A stretch of 64,000 bases of DNA from Gammaproteobacteria bacterium (GCA_047517965.1 JAKZRU010000016.1:34484-98483), one strand, 5' to 3'. Shown: positions 20,945 to 32,160, counted from the first letter of the stretch. Notes: generated by a model not told the origin, from the sequence alone. Translations and numbers: made by a program.

Positions 20945-22066
20945 TCAAATCACTTTATTCTCCTGAAGCTGCTGAAATGCATCCAGAACTCGAATGTTCT
21001 CAGCTTCAGTGCCTACCGACACACGCAAATGGTTCGGCATGTCATAAACTCCGATCGGACGTACGATTATCCCGTAACGAAGTAGACTCTCATAGGCTTG
21101 TGCTGATGGACGCTGTAGGTCGACACACACAAAATTTCCCACTGAATCAATTACATTCAACCCTAATTTAGAAAATCCCATGCATAGCGTTCTCATCTGC
21201 TCAAGATTCATCTTGCGACTGTATTCAACATGCTCCCGGTCTTCCATTGCTTCTATGGCAGCAGCCATTGCGAGACTATTGCAGTTAAATGGCTGGCGAA
21301 CCCGGTTCAAGAGATTACTGATTTCAGGGCTTGAAACCGAATAGCCGATACGCAATCCAGCCAGTCCAAATATTTTTGAAAATGTACGAGTTACTATCAG
21401 ATTCGGATACTCCGATAGCCAGGTAACGCAATTCGGATATTCGGGCTCGGCAACATATTCGGCATAAGCTTCATCCACAACCACAATGACCGAAGAAGGC
21501 ACATGATTCAACAGGGCTCTCAACTCACCAGTTCTCGACCAGGTGCCGGTAGGATTATTCGGATTGGCGATATACATAAGTTGCGTATTCGTATCAACTG
21601 CCGCCGCCATCGCTGAAAGATCATGGCCGTAATCTTTGGCATCAATAATTCGAATATCCGCATGAACGTAAACCAGTGACAGATAGTAGACGATGAACGC
21701 GTGCCTCGAAATAATGCCCGCCTTGCCCGGGCTGACGAATACTCGAGCAATCATGTCTAACAATTCGTTTGAACCATTGCCCAGACAAATCTGATCCATG
21801 TCCACACTGTGACGAGCAGCGAGCGCATTTTTCAGTTCATAGCCTGCACCATCCGGATATCGATGAATGCCTGACATTTGGCGATTGATTAACTCCATTA
21901 CACGAGGAGATGGACCGAGCGGGTTTTCGTTTGATGCGGCTTTGATCGCACCAGAAATTCCGTACAGGCGCTCCAACTCTTCTAGGGGTTTTCCGGGGTC
22001 GTAGGGGGCTAAGTCCCGAATGCCCGAAGTTGCCAAGCTGTAGGCATCAAACATAGCGGACATCAA
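20945..22066 (-). CDS. hisC: Histidinol-phosphate / aromatic aminotransferase
   Basis: Class II aminotransferase pattern with the PLP lysine context (TFSKIFGLAGLRIGY). Confidence 0.9.
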   Translation of the reverse strand: MMSAMFDAYSLATSGIRDLAPYDPGKPLEELERLYGISGAIKAASNENPLGPSPRVMELINRQMSGIHRYPDGAGYELKNALAARHSVDMDQICLGNGSNELLDMIARVFVSPGKAGIISRHAFIVYYLSLVYVHADIRIIDAKDYGHDLSAMAAAVDTNTQLMYIANPNNPTGTWSRTGELRALLNHVPSSVIVVVDEAYAEYVAEPEYPNCVTWLSEYPNLIVTRTFSKIFGLAGLRIGYSVSSPEISNLLNRVRQPFNCNSLAMAAAIEAMEDREHVEYSRKMNLEQMRTLCMGFSKLGLNVIDSVGNFVCVDLQRPSAQAYESLLRYGIIVRPIGVYDMPNHLRVSVGTEAENIRVLDAFQQLQENKVI

Positions 22067-23142
22067 CGAGTGGATCTTGGATAAGATCCCAATAACTTGA
22101 ACAAGGGCGCCTCAGCCTTCAATTCTTCTAGTAGTTTCAGGACTGTAGAGTCAGTAGCATGTCCTTCAAAATCAATGAAGAATACATATTCCCACATTCC
22201 CTGGAGGGTAGGACGGGATTCGATTTTTGTCATGTTGATGCCGTAACGTGCAAACGGTTCAAGAAGTCTTATCAAGGATCCAGGCTCATTTTTCTTCGAG
22301 ATCAATATGCTGCTTTTGTCGTTACCGGTTGCATCTACATCAATATTTCCGATGATCAGAAATCGCGTTGTATTGGTAATTTGATCCTCAATATTGGTCT
22401 GAATAACATTCATGCCATAAATTTCCGCGGCTGCCTCGTTACCGATGGCGGCAGCGGTAGGGTCACCTTGAATATTGACTGCGGCTTCGGTGTTGCTGGC
22501 TGCTGGTACCTGTTTGGCTTTTGGAAGATACTCACTCAGCCACTTGCGACACTGCACGAATGCCTGTGGATGCGCCTGTACGGTCTTAATTTCAGCAATT
22601 GATTCCGCTGAACTGATAAGTGTGTGATGCACCAGAATTTCAACCTCTCCACAAAGACGAAGAGGAGAATCAAGCATTCTGTCGAATGTGCTGCTGACGA
22701 CACCCCCAACTGAATTTTCTACCGGAACGACTCCGAATTCAGCTCTTCCAACCTCTACGGCATGAAATACTTCATCAATCGTTGGTGCGAAAACCTCATC
22801 AACCGCATGTCCGAAAAACTGATGCACTGCTGACTGAGTGAATGTGCCCGCAGGTCCCAAAACTGCGATACGAGTTGGATGTTCAATGGATCGAGTAGCC
22901 GATATGATTTCGCGAAATATTTGCGCCATGCTGTGGTCGGGCAGAGTTCCATCATTTCTTTCCAACACGCCTTGTATGATCTGCGCTTCCCGTTCGGGTA
23001 CGAAGTACTGCGGATTCTTCTGCCTGCTTTTGACTTCCGCCACCTGTTTGCCGAGACGTGCTCGTTCGGTGATCAAATCTTGCAACTGGACGTCAATTAC
23101 ATCGATTTCCAATCTGATGGAATTTAGTTTTTTCAATTCCAT
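22063..23142 (-). CDS. pheA: Bifunctional chorismate mutase / prephenate dehydratase (P-protein)
   Basis: N-terminal CM domain (LNSIRLEIDVIDVQL), a PDT domain (TRF motif NTTRFLII) and a C-terminal ACT domain (ESRP). Confidence 0.93.
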   Translation of the reverse strand: MELKKLNSIRLEIDVIDVQLQDLITERARLGKQVAEVKSRQKNPQYFVPEREAQIIQGVLERNDGTLPDHSMAQIFREIISATRSIEHPTRIAVLGPAGTFTQSAVHQFFGHAVDEVFAPTIDEVFHAVEVGRAEFGVVPVENSVGGVVSSTFDRMLDSPLRLCGEVEILVHHTLISSAESIAEIKTVQAHPQAFVQCRKWLSEYLPKAKQVPAASNTEAAVNIQGDPTAAAIGNEAAAEIYGMNVIQTNIEDQITNTTRFLIIGNIDVDATGNDKSSILISKKNEPGSLIRLLEPFARYGINMTKIESRPTLQGMWEYVFFIDFEGHATDSTVLKLLEELKAEAPLFKLLGSYPRSTR

Positions 23143-23157
23143 GATCGAGAAATGCTG

Positions 23158-25767
23158 TTACTCGTCAGTTTGCGAAACGGTGCTGCCATCACCCGAAATT
23201 TCACCGTCCTCGTCAGAATTATTGTCGGTGATTGCTGCGACGCCGACGAGTGACTGTTTCTCATTCAGGTTGATCAGCCGAACCCCGGCGGCTACTCTAG
23301 AAAATTTTGAAATTTTGCAGACTTCAGTTCTGATCAGCGTTCCACCATCAGTGATCAAGATAATCTGATCGCTGTCATTCACCAGCAATGCATCAATCAT
23401 TTCTGTTTTACTGCGTTTTTTTGCCGGCAGTACTACCACACCTTTGCCTGCCCTTGATTTCTTTGGAAATTCGCTCAGGTTTGTACGCTTGCCACAACCA
23501 TCTGAACTTACCAGCAGCACAGTTCGGTCTTCATCACTCGGCTCAACGCAAATCATGGAAATCACCTGCTGATTCTGTTCCACTTTCATTCCTCGCACGC
23601 CTGCAGCTGTCCGTCCCATTGCCCGAATACTGGATTCGTCGAACCGCACCATGCGCCCCGCGCTACTGACCAGCAGAATATCGGCTTTGCCACTGGTAAT
23701 TCCTACATTGACGAGCTCGTCTCCTTCTTTCAATTTGATTGCGCGTAATCCGTTCGATCTGATTTTAGAAAAACTCTCCAAGTTACACTTTTTAACGGTA
23801 CCGCGGCGTGTGGCCATGAAAATATATTTTCCGTTGCTGTGCCGTTCTAGCGGCAACACTGCGGTTACATTTTCTTTTCCTACCAACGCAGGCAAAACAT
23901 TGACGAGTGGCCGACCTCGTGCGGTACGACCTGCACGTTCCAGCCGATAAATTTTAGTCCAGTACACTTTGCCGAGATTGGTGAAGCACAGCAGTGTATT
24001 GTGTGTATTGGCAACAAACATTCTGCTGACGAAATCATCGGTTTTGTGGGTGGTAGCAGTTTTGCCTTTTCCTCCCCGAATCTGCGAACGATATTCAGAC
24101 AGTGGCTGCTGTTTTGCATATCCTGAGTGTGAAATCGTAACAACAACATCTTCTTGCTCAATCAAATCTTCATTGCTCAAGTCAAGTGCGTTTTCCACGA
24201 TTCTTGTTCGGCGCAGATCGTTCCTGCCATAAAGTTCGCGCATTTCTTTTAATTCGTCCGATATTTCTTTCATCAACAATACCGGGGAGCGCAGAATTCG
24301 TCGTGTTTTGTCGATTTGAGCAAGAATCCCCTTGAACTCTTCAAACACTTTCTCCTGCTCCAGTCCGGTTAAATTCTGCAGACGCATCTGCAGGATTGCA
24401 ACAGCCTGATTATCGGACAATCGATAACCTTCTTCGAACACGCCATACCGCTTCGGGGCTGACAAATCTGAAGCTCTGTCGATTTGATTTTCTTGGAGCA
24501 ACTGCGAAACGACAACCGGATTCCAGAATATTTCCATCAGTTTTTCTTTTGCTTCCGCACCTCCCCTCGCAGCGCGAATGACTGCAATCATTTCGTCCAA
24601 ATTGGATAGCGCAACTGCTTGACCTTCCAAAATGTGAGCGCGCGATTCGGCTTTTCGTAGCTCAAACTCCAGTTTACGCGTAACGACTTCACGGCGATGC
24701 CGGATAAAGCCGTTCAATAAACGTTTTAAATCAAATAGTCGAGGCTGATTGTTCGCCAGTGCAACGAGATTGATTCCATAACTAGACTCAAGTCGGGTAT
24801 TGCTGTAAAGATTGTTCTCTACAACTTCCGGATTCGCGCTGGCTTTCAATTCGACTACAACTCGCATTCCTGACTTGTCGGATTCATCCCGGATCATGGA
24901 GATTCCATCCAGTACACCGCTTTTCACGAGTTCCGCTATCTGTTGAATCAATCGTGCTTTGAGCACTTGATAAGGAAGCTCAGTGATGATGAGGGCCTGC
25001 TTATTCGATTTGCCGGTGGCTTCAATTTCAACCTTGCCACGGACACGTATGGTACCGCGCCCGGTGTTGTAAGCTTCAATAATACCGGACTGTCCGTTAA
25101 TGATTCCTGCAGTCGGGAAGTCCGGACCCGGTATGTATTCCATCAACTGTTTGACCGTCAGGCTGTTGTCCTCAATCAAGGCAAGGCATGCGTTTATGGT
25201 TTCGGTTAGATTGTGAGGCGGCACCTTCGTCGCCATCCCTACTGCAATGCCTTCAGACCCATTCAGCAGCAAATTTGGCAATCGGGTCGGAAGCACAAGA
25301 GGCTGTTCTTCCGTGTCATCGTAATTGGGGCCAAAATCGACCGTTTCCTTATCAATATCTACTAGCAGTTCATGTGCAATACGGGAAAGACGCACTTCCG
25401 TATAACGCATGGCAGCTGCTGAATCTCCATCGACTGAACCGAAATTTCCCTGGCCGTCTACCAATGGGTAGCGCATGGAAAAATCCTGTGCCATTCGCAC
25501 AATTGCATCGTAGATTGCGGTATCTCCATGCGGGTGATATTTACCAATAACATCACCGGTAATTCGTGCGGATTTCTTATAAGGTTTGTTCCAGTCGTTT
25601 CCCAGGTCCTTCATCGCATACAGAATGCGGCGATGAACCGGCTTCAAACCGTCTCGAATATCCGGTAAAGCGCGCCCCACAATTACGCTCATGGCGTAGT
25701 CCAGATAGGACTGCCGCATCTCCTTTTCGAGGTCAGCGGTGTATGTTCTTTTGGCGAATACAGGCAC
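23158..25767 (-). CDS. gyrA: DNA gyrase subunit A
   Basis: 869 aa. Active-site region AAMRYTE, QRDR ([10 protein letters not shown]) and C-terminal beta-pinwheel repeats. Confidence 0.97.
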   Translation of the reverse strand: MPVFAKRTYTADLEKEMRQSYLDYAMSVIVGRALPDIRDGLKPVHRRILYAMKDLGNDWNKPYKKSARITGDVIGKYHPHGDTAIYDAIVRMAQDFSMRYPLVDGQGNFGSVDGDSAAAMRYTEVRLSRIAHELLVDIDKETVDFGPNYDDTEEQPLVLPTRLPNLLLNGSEGIAVGMATKVPPHNLTETINACLALIEDNSLTVKQLMEYIPGPDFPTAGIINGQSGIIEAYNTGRGTIRVRGKVEIEATGKSNKQALIITELPYQVLKARLIQQIAELVKSGVLDGISMIRDESDKSGMRVVVELKASANPEVVENNLYSNTRLESSYGINLVALANNQPRLFDLKRLLNGFIRHRREVVTRKLEFELRKAESRAHILEGQAVALSNLDEMIAVIRAARGGAEAKEKLMEIFWNPVVVSQLLQENQIDRASDLSAPKRYGVFEEGYRLSDNQAVAILQMRLQNLTGLEQEKVFEEFKGILAQIDKTRRILRSPVLLMKEISDELKEMRELYGRNDLRRTRIVENALDLSNEDLIEQEDVVVTISHSGYAKQQPLSEYRSQIRGGKGKTATTHKTDDFVSRMFVANTHNTLLCFTNLGKVYWTKIYRLERAGRTARGRPLVNVLPALVGKENVTAVLPLERHSNGKYIFMATRRGTVKKCNLESFSKIRSNGLRAIKLKEGDELVNVGITSGKADILLVSSAGRMVRFDESSIRAMGRTAAGVRGMKVEQNQQVISMICVEPSDEDRTVLLVSSDGCGKRTNLSEFPKKSRAGKGVVVLPAKKRSKTEMIDALLVNDSDQIILITDGGTLIRTEVCKISKFSRVAAGVRLINLNEKQSLVGVAAITDNNSDEDGEISGDGSTVSQTDE

Positions 25768-26010
25768 TAGTTTGAAATTTTATAATTTAACGGATTTTAC
25801 GGTATGCAAGCGGCGAAATCAGCGCTTGAAATCGGGTGAGATAATGCAGTCATAACTGACAAGAATTTTAACATATTTCAGCACGATCAGACCGGCGATT
25901 TTGTCGAACTGGTGAAGTTCAAAAACAATGTTTTAATTGCTAATTTTCGCCGCTAACAGGGATCGGAATGGCTGCGTTCCGGCCGTTCATTTGAATTATA
26001 CTTTTGTCGC

Positions 26011-27336
26011 ATGGAATTTGCAGACACAGTGATTGACGCTCGATGGGTAATCCCCGTTGACGCTTCAAACAGCACTCTTGACTATCACAGCATTGTCATA
26101 GAGGCCGACAAAATTCAACGAATTCTGCCTACTGCGGAAGCCGACAAAATGTTTAGCGCCGCCAACCATGTTCGCTTGCCCAATCACGCAGTTATCCCTG
26201 GGTTTATCAACGCACATACGCATGCGGCGATGACGCTATTTCGTGGAGCCGCTGAAGACGCCTCGCTCGACACTTGGCTTAAAAAGTGTATCTGGCCGCT
26301 AGAGGGACAATGGGTAGACTCGGAATTTGTGCGAGATGGCACTACACTAGCGATCGCCGAGTCAATTCGTAGCGGCACCACTTGCATGAATGACATGTAT
26401 CTGTTTCCAGAAGTTGTCGGTGAGGTCGCAGAACAAACACGCATGAGAACCGTACTTGGCATGATCGCGCTTGAATTTCCGACTAAATGGGCTAATTCAG
26501 CAGAGGAATATCTCAGCAAAGGCATGGAACTGCACGATCGATTCAGAGATTCGGAACTCGTTACAACCATGTTTGCGCCACATGCACCCTACACAGTCTC
26601 TGACGACACACTTGAGAAAATAGTTTACCTGGCTGCGGAACACTGCCTCGGAGTACATATTCATGTTCACGAAACCGCGCAGGAGATTGAAGATTCCATC
26701 AAAATTCACGGAGTACGTCCCATAGAACGTCTGCAAAATCTGGGCATGCTCAATTCTCGATTGATTGCAGTGCACGTTACCCAACTACTTGATGAAGAAA
26801 TTTATCTTCTTGCGGAATCGAACAGTAACATTGCACACTGTCCTAAATCAAATCTAAAACTTGCCTGTGGAATCAGTCCGATCAGCGACTTGCTAAAACA
26901 CAATGTGAATGTTGCTATCGGAACAGACGGTGCCGCTAGTAACAATAGTTTGAACATGCTGGAAGAAATGCGATTTGCCGCGTTGCTTGCAAAAGGAAAG
27001 TCTGCAGACGCTTCGAACGTATCTGTTCACGAAGCACTCCGCATGTCTACAATCAATGGTGCCAAAAGCCTGGGACTTGACACGGTAATCGGTTCTCTTG
27101 AGCCTGGAAAACTCGCCGACATCACCGCGATTAACTTGAGCAACATATACTGTTCACCGATTTATGATCCTGTATCTCAAATTGTTCATGCCGCTTCCAG
27201 AGATCAAGTGACGGACGTCTGGATTGGCGGAAAACAGGTTCTTGATAGTCAGGTTCTGACTTGCATTGATGAAGCACAGTGCCTTGAAATCGCAAACCGA
27301 TGGCACGCTAAAATCTCAAGTACGCTTAGTTCCTGA
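26011..27336 (+). CDS. mtaD: 5-methylthioadenosine/S-adenosylhomocysteine deaminase (TRZ/ATZ amidohydrolase)
   Basis: Amidohydrolase metal motif (GFINAHTHAAM), HVHETAQE, GTDGAASNN. Adjacent to ubiG, as I recall for Pseudomonas. Confidence 0.85.
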   Translation: MEFADTVIDARWVIPVDASNSTLDYHSIVIEADKIQRILPTAEADKMFSAANHVRLPNHAVIPGFINAHTHAAMTLFRGAAEDASLDTWLKKCIWPLEGQWVDSEFVRDGTTLAIAESIRSGTTCMNDMYLFPEVVGEVAEQTRMRTVLGMIALEFPTKWANSAEEYLSKGMELHDRFRDSELVTTMFAPHAPYTVSDDTLEKIVYLAAEHCLGVHIHVHETAQEIEDSIKIHGVRPIERLQNLGMLNSRLIAVHVTQLLDEEIYLLAESNSNIAHCPKSNLKLACGISPISDLLKHNVNVAIGTDGAASNNSLNMLEEMRFAALLAKGKSADASNVSVHEALRMSTINGAKSLGLDTVIGSLEPGKLADITAINLSNIYCSPIYDPVSQIVHAASRDQVTDVWIGGKQVLDSQVLTCIDEAQCLEIANRWHAKISSTLSS

Positions 27337-27346
27337 TAATGCAATC

Positions 27347-28048
27347 ATGAACACTCTGAACGTAAACACAGCAGAAGTTCGTAAGTTTTCAAACATTGCG
27401 GAGCAATGGTGGGACCCTTCTGGCAAATTTCGACCGCTTCATATGCTGAATCCTCTCAGGCTGGAATTTATTCGCAATCATTCGCCAATTGAAGGAAAAA
27501 CAATTCTGGATGTCGGCTGCGGTGGTGGAATTCTATCAGAATCACTGGCCAGAGAAGGCGCCTTGGTTACCGGACTTGATATCAGTGAGGAAACACTGCA
27601 GATTGCTAAACTTCATCTCCACGAAAGTCAGTTGAAAGTCGAATATGTGTGTACAACAATAGAAAACTATGCTGAACAAATTGAGGAGAAATTCGATATT
27701 GTCACATGCATGGAGATGCTCGAACATGTCCCCGACCCGATTTCGGTGATCAATGCCTGCAGCGCTGTTATCAAGCCCGGCGGAAGTATGTTCTTTTCCA
27801 CACTGAATCGTACGCCAAAAAGTTGGGCACTTGGAATCGTCGGGGCCGAATATGTTCTGAACCTTCTGCCGCGCGGAACCCATCAGCACAAGAATTTCAT
27901 ACGACCTTCCGAACTCAATCGATGGTGCCGAAGTGCCGGAATTAGAATGCAGAATATTACTGGATTGCACTACAACCTGGTTTCTCGCTCATTTCGACTC
28001 GGTCCGGGCATCGAAATCAATTACCTCGCTCATTGCTTACGAACTTGA
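27347..28048 (+). CDS. ubiG: Ubiquinone biosynthesis O-methyltransferase UbiG
   Basis: EVRKFSNIAEQWWDPSGKFRPLHMLNP and the SAM motif LDVGCGGG. The start is trimmed to ATG 27347, because the track ORF overlaps mtaD by 71 nt. Confidence 0.93.
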   Translation: MNTLNVNTAEVRKFSNIAEQWWDPSGKFRPLHMLNPLRLEFIRNHSPIEGKTILDVGCGGGILSESLAREGALVTGLDISEETLQIAKLHLHESQLKVEYVCTTIENYAEQIEEKFDIVTCMEMLEHVPDPISVINACSAVIKPGGSMFFSTLNRTPKSWALGIVGAEYVLNLLPRGTHQHKNFIRPSELNRWCRSAGIRMQNITGLHYNLVSRSFRLGPGIEINYLAHCLRT

Positions 28049-28704
28049 ACAAGTATCCGCTGGCTCTCTTCGATTTTGATGGAACGCTGGCCGATACGGC
28101 GCGTGACATGGTCAAAGCGCTTAATTTATTGAGAGTGAGCAAGTCAAAAGAACCTCTTCCTTTTGAACACTTGCGCCCACACATTTCAAACGGCACACCT
28201 GCCCTGATTCGGCTAGGCTTCAATTGCGCTCCAGAAGAAAATGGATTCCAGGAGCTCAGAGAGGAGTTTCTGGATTTATATGAACAAAATCTCTATTCGG
28301 AAACGGTGTTGTTTCCCGGAATTGATGCAATTTTGGAAAAAATGAATGAAACCGGCATACTTTGGGGCATCGTAACGAATAAACCGGAATATCTGACTGT
28401 TCAAATAGTTGAACATCTAGGTTTGAGTGACAGCGTCGCCTGTGTCGTAGGTGGAGACACGTTACCGCAAAGAAAACCAAATCCACTACCGGTGATTCAT
28501 GCATGTAATTTGGCTGGGATATCGCCAAACTCATCGGTATTCATAGGAGACTCAATACGAGATATTGAAGCTGGACGTGACGCCGGGCTGCGCACTATTG
28601 CAGTCACTTATGGTTATATCCCACCGCATGACGACCCAAAATCCTGGGGCGCTGACTATCTCATCGATGCTGTTGCTGAAATTCCGGCGCAACTGTGGAT
28701 GTAA
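28033..28704 (+). CDS. gph: Phosphoglycolate phosphatase (HAD family)
   Basis: HAD motif I (LFDFDGTLADT), motif II (TNK) and motif IV (GDSIRD). TTG start; there is no in-frame ATG near the N-terminus. Confidence 0.85.
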   Translation: MLTNLNKYPLALFDFDGTLADTARDMVKALNLLRVSKSKEPLPFEHLRPHISNGTPALIRLGFNCAPEENGFQELREEFLDLYEQNLYSETVLFPGIDAILEKMNETGILWGIVTNKPEYLTVQIVEHLGLSDSVACVVGGDTLPQRKPNPLPVIHACNLAGISPNSSVFIGDSIRDIEAGRDAGLRTIAVTYGYIPPHDDPKSWGADYLIDAVAEIPAQLWM

Positions 28705-28719
28705 ACAAAATACCTATAG

Positions 28720-29463
28720 TCACAGCTGCGGATTCGGGTTGGCAATCGCTTTGAGTATCGCGATCTGATTCTGGTCCAGTTCAGCCCACTCTCCCTGTTT
28801 CAGATTCTTCTTCAAATGTATGGGGCCGTAACGGATTCGCTTTAGTCGACTGACGCGATGGCCAACTGTCTCCCAAGCACGGCGAATTTCTCGATTCTTG
28901 CCGCGAGTCAATCGGATGCGGTACCACTGGTTGGCGCCCTTGCCCGACACGAATTCAATATGATCGAATTGAAGCAATTCGCCTTTTGATTGAACTCCTT
29001 TACGCAATTTCTGCAGCGTTTTTGAACTTGTCTCGCCCAGTATACGACACAGATACTCGCGCTCAATCTGACTGCTTGGATGCATTAGTCCATGCACGAG
29101 ATCGCCATCATTTGAAATTAGTATCAATCCAGTCGTGTTGATGTCCAACCGTCCAACCGCAGCCCAGCGCCCTTTTGTTATCGAAGGTATTGATTGCAGA
29201 ATGGTCGGGCGATTGGCAGGATCGAAGTGAGTGCAGATTTCTCCTTCTTTCTTGTGATAAGCTATGACTCGAGTTGGTGTATCTGAACTTGTAACTCGAA
29301 TCCGCTGGTCATCGAGAATCACAATATCATTCAAGACTACTTTATCGCCAAGCGAATAGATGCCTTCATCAGAGCGAATTCTGCCTTCGACCAACCACTT
29401 TTCAATCTGGCGGCGAGATCCGTATCCGGACCGAGCCAGAAACTTCTGAACCCGTTCGCTCAC
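28720..29463 (-). CDS. rluB: 23S rRNA pseudouridine synthase RluB
   Basis: S4 domain (RVQKFLARSGYGSRRQ) plus RsuA/RluB catalytic VGRLDINTTGL. Confidence 0.9.
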   Translation of the reverse strand: MSERVQKFLARSGYGSRRQIEKWLVEGRIRSDEGIYSLGDKVVLNDIVILDDQRIRVTSSDTPTRVIAYHKKEGEICTHFDPANRPTILQSIPSITKGRWAAVGRLDINTTGLILISNDGDLVHGLMHPSSQIEREYLCRILGETSSKTLQKLRKGVQSKGELLQFDHIEFVSGKGANQWYRIRLTRGKNREIRRAWETVGHRVSRLKRIRYGPIHLKKNLKQGEWAELDQNQIAILKAIANPNPQL

Positions 29464-29507
29464 GCTTTTACATTAACCAGAACTGAACGTGTTAATTAGG
29501 AATTCAC

Positions 29508-30071
29508 TCAATTCGTACTCGATTCGACATCGCGAGCAGTTTGTCTTTCAAGCAAATCCAGCGCTGGTAGTTCGTCAAGAGATTCAAGGTTGAAATACTC
29601 AAGAAATTTTCGAGTCGTACGAAACAGTGCCGGACGGCCTGGCACCTGTTTATAACCCGCTTGCTCAATCCACTCATTGGTCAACAGAGTTCGCATGATT
29701 TCCGTGGATACCGATACACCTCGAATATTTTCAATGTCGCCACGTGTTACCGGCTGTCGGAATGCAATGATCGATAAAGTCTCCATCAGTGCTCTGGAGT
29801 ATCGCCGCGGACGAATTTCGGATAGTTTACGCAGCCACGGCGCAAACTCTTCACGCGACTGATACCGATAGCCATTGTCAATTCTTTTGAGCATCACACC
29901 TCGATTGTCGCAATCTCTTTCCATCTCCAGCAGCACTCGCTCAACATCTAGCGTATCCGGTTTATCTTCATCGGTAAAAAGACTGCGAATTTGTTCCACG
30001 GATACTGGTATCTCCGAAGTAAGTACCGCAGCTTCGACAATATTTTTGAGTTTTCGATAATTAACGGTCAT
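29508..30071 (-). CDS. scpB: Segregation and condensation protein B
   Basis: ScpB winged-helix pattern (IVEAAVLTSEIPVSVEQI ... LETLSIIAFRQPVTRGDIE). Directly abuts scpA. Confidence 0.9.
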   Translation of the reverse strand: MTVNYRKLKNIVEAAVLTSEIPVSVEQIRSLFTDEDKPDTLDVERVLLEMERDCDNRGVMLKRIDNGYRYQSREEFAPWLRKLSEIRPRRYSRALMETLSIIAFRQPVTRGDIENIRGVSVSTEIMRTLLTNEWIEQAGYKQVPGRPALFRTTRKFLEYFNLESLDELPALDLLERQTARDVESSTN

Positions 30072-30890
30072 CTATTCGTTCAAATGAATATGAATGGGGG
30101 AATCGGCTGTAGCCTGTATGGCGTAGACTCGTTTTGAATTGATCAATTCCAATATCGCCAGAAATGCAACGACAATTCCAGCCCTTCCTTCTTGGCGGTC
30201 AAACAAATCTCCAAATGGAAGTTGTCTAACATCCCTTAACATTTCAACAATTGATTCGACTTTTTCCTTCACCGATATGGTTTCTCGATGCATGACGATA
30301 GATGAACTGCTTTCAGCCAGTTGCAGAACGCCTTGAAATGCTTCGATTAAATTCGCTAGTTCAACCTTTTCAAATTCTGTTGTGGTCTGAATTGACACTC
30401 CATATGCATGAACGATGAAGATTTCTCGACCAATTCTCGGTCGTTTATCTAGCAGTTCTGCGATCACCCTGATCTTTTCATAATCCTGTAGCCGCAAGGC
30501 GAGTTCGAGGCGCGGATCAATTTCTTCTTCATCCTCTGTATCTCTCTGTCTGGGAGGCAGCAAAAGCCTGGACTTGATCTGAGCAAGGGTAGCCGCCATC
30601 GCCAGATACTCGCCTGCGAGTTCCAGCTGAATTTTCTGCATCAAATCAATGTATTTTGCGTACTGTTCCGCAACTTCAGCCACAGGGATGTTCAACACGT
30701 CGAAACTGTTTTTCCGTATCAAGTACAACAGCAGATCAAGCGGCCCCTCAAAGTCTTGAGTGATTACCTCAAGCGCATCGGCTGGAATGTAGAGATCGCT
30801 CGGGATTTCCCTATCTTTTCTGGCAGAGGTAGTTTGCTTTATGTTAACTACATTTTCATCCAAATCATCGATATCCACTGGTTCCGACAT
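30072..30890 (-). CDS. scpA: Segregation and condensation protein A (kleisin)
   Basis: FEGPLDLLLYLIRKNSFDVLNIPVAEV signature. Confidence 0.9.
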   Translation of the reverse strand: MSEPVDIDDLDENVVNIKQTTSARKDREIPSDLYIPADALEVITQDFEGPLDLLLYLIRKNSFDVLNIPVAEVAEQYAKYIDLMQKIQLELAGEYLAMAATLAQIKSRLLLPPRQRDTEDEEEIDPRLELALRLQDYEKIRVIAELLDKRPRIGREIFIVHAYGVSIQTTTEFEKVELANLIEAFQGVLQLAESSSSIVMHRETISVKEKVESIVEMLRDVRQLPFGDLFDRQEGRAGIVVAFLAILELINSKRVYAIQATADSPIHIHLNE

Positions 30891-32094
30891 ACCTTCGAAC
30901 GTCGTTCATGGTTGCTTCTGCAACGGCGCCTGCACGCTCACAACCGTCTGCAATGACTCTCTTGAGAAAATCTGGATCCTCAATATACGGTCTCGCGCGT
31001 TCCGCATGGTCACGCTGTTCCTTCAATATTTCATCAATCAAAGGGGTTTTGCATTCCAGACAACCAATTGCGGCTGTCGTACAACCTTCACAAACCCATT
31101 CTCTTACCTCTTCACTTGAATAGATTACATGCAGATCAAATACCGGGCATTTTTTCGGATCGCCAGGATCATTTCTGCGAATTCGTGCTGGGTCAGTCGG
31201 CATGGATCGAATAGATTTTTCTATTCGATTAGGGTCGTCACGAAGATATATCGCGTTGCCATAAGACTTTGACATTTTCTGTCCATCGAGGCCGGGAACT
31301 TTGGATGCAACATTGTCGGGTACAAGCGCCTCAGGTTCGGTAAGAATCTGTCTTCCGGTTCCTTCCAGATATCCCATGAGTCGTTCACGGTCTCCTCGAG
31401 ACAGGTTGTGAGTCTGTTCCAACAGCAGTTGAGCTTTTTCTAACGCTTCTCTATTGCCGTGTACGGTATAGGCTTGTTGATACTCGCGATATTGTTTGCC
31501 CAGCTTTTTACCAAGCTTTCTAATCGACAGCTCTGCTTTTTCTCGAAAATCAGGCTCACGACCAAATATGACATTGAACCGTCTAGCAATTTCTCGAGTT
31601 ACTTCGATGTGAGGCACCTGATCTGCTCCAACCGGAACCATCGCTGCACGGTACATCAGAATATCCGCACTCTGCAATACAGGATAGCCCAGAAATCCGA
31701 GCGTCGACAGTTCCCTGTCTTTCAGCTTTTCTTGCTGGTCTTTGAAACTGGGCACGCGCTCAAGCCAGCCGAGCGGACTCACCATGGACAACAAAAGAAA
31801 CAGTTCGGCATGTTCGGGAACACGAGACTGAATAAAAATCGTAGCAAGCTCCGGGTCTACACCTGCAGCGAGCCAGTCGATAATCATGTCCCAAACATTG
31901 TCCTTCATAGATATTTCAGATGCAACTTCATACTCGGTAGTCAGTGCATGCCAGTCGGCGACAAAATAGTAACACTCGTGGAGGTGCTGCAGTTCGATCC
32001 ATGGTTTGATGACACCGTGATAATGTCCGAGATGAAGACGACCGGTCGGCCGCATGCCAGAAAGCACACGGCTAGGCTGTCCAGGTATGTTCAT
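30865..32094 (-). CDS. trpS: Tryptophan--tRNA ligase (long form with a Cys-rich insertion)
   Basis: HIGH-type motif (GRLHLGHYHG), KMSKS, a class Ic layout and the Cys cluster CPVF...CEGCTTAAIGCLEC. Confidence 0.9.
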   Translation of the reverse strand: MNIPGQPSRVLSGMRPTGRLHLGHYHGVIKPWIELQHLHECYYFVADWHALTTEYEVASEISMKDNVWDMIIDWLAAGVDPELATIFIQSRVPEHAELFLLLSMVSPLGWLERVPSFKDQQEKLKDRELSTLGFLGYPVLQSADILMYRAAMVPVGADQVPHIEVTREIARRFNVIFGREPDFREKAELSIRKLGKKLGKQYREYQQAYTVHGNREALEKAQLLLEQTHNLSRGDRERLMGYLEGTGRQILTEPEALVPDNVASKVPGLDGQKMSKSYGNAIYLRDDPNRIEKSIRSMPTDPARIRRNDPGDPKKCPVFDLHVIYSSEEVREWVCEGCTTAAIGCLECKTPLIDEILKEQRDHAERARPYIEDPDFLKRVIADGCERAGAVAEATMNDVRRYVGTSGYR

Positions 32095-32160
32095 AAGCAG
32101 TTTGCTCCTATTTCCCGTTGCATTTTTTCAAGCAACCCACAATCCATGTATCGCAATATG

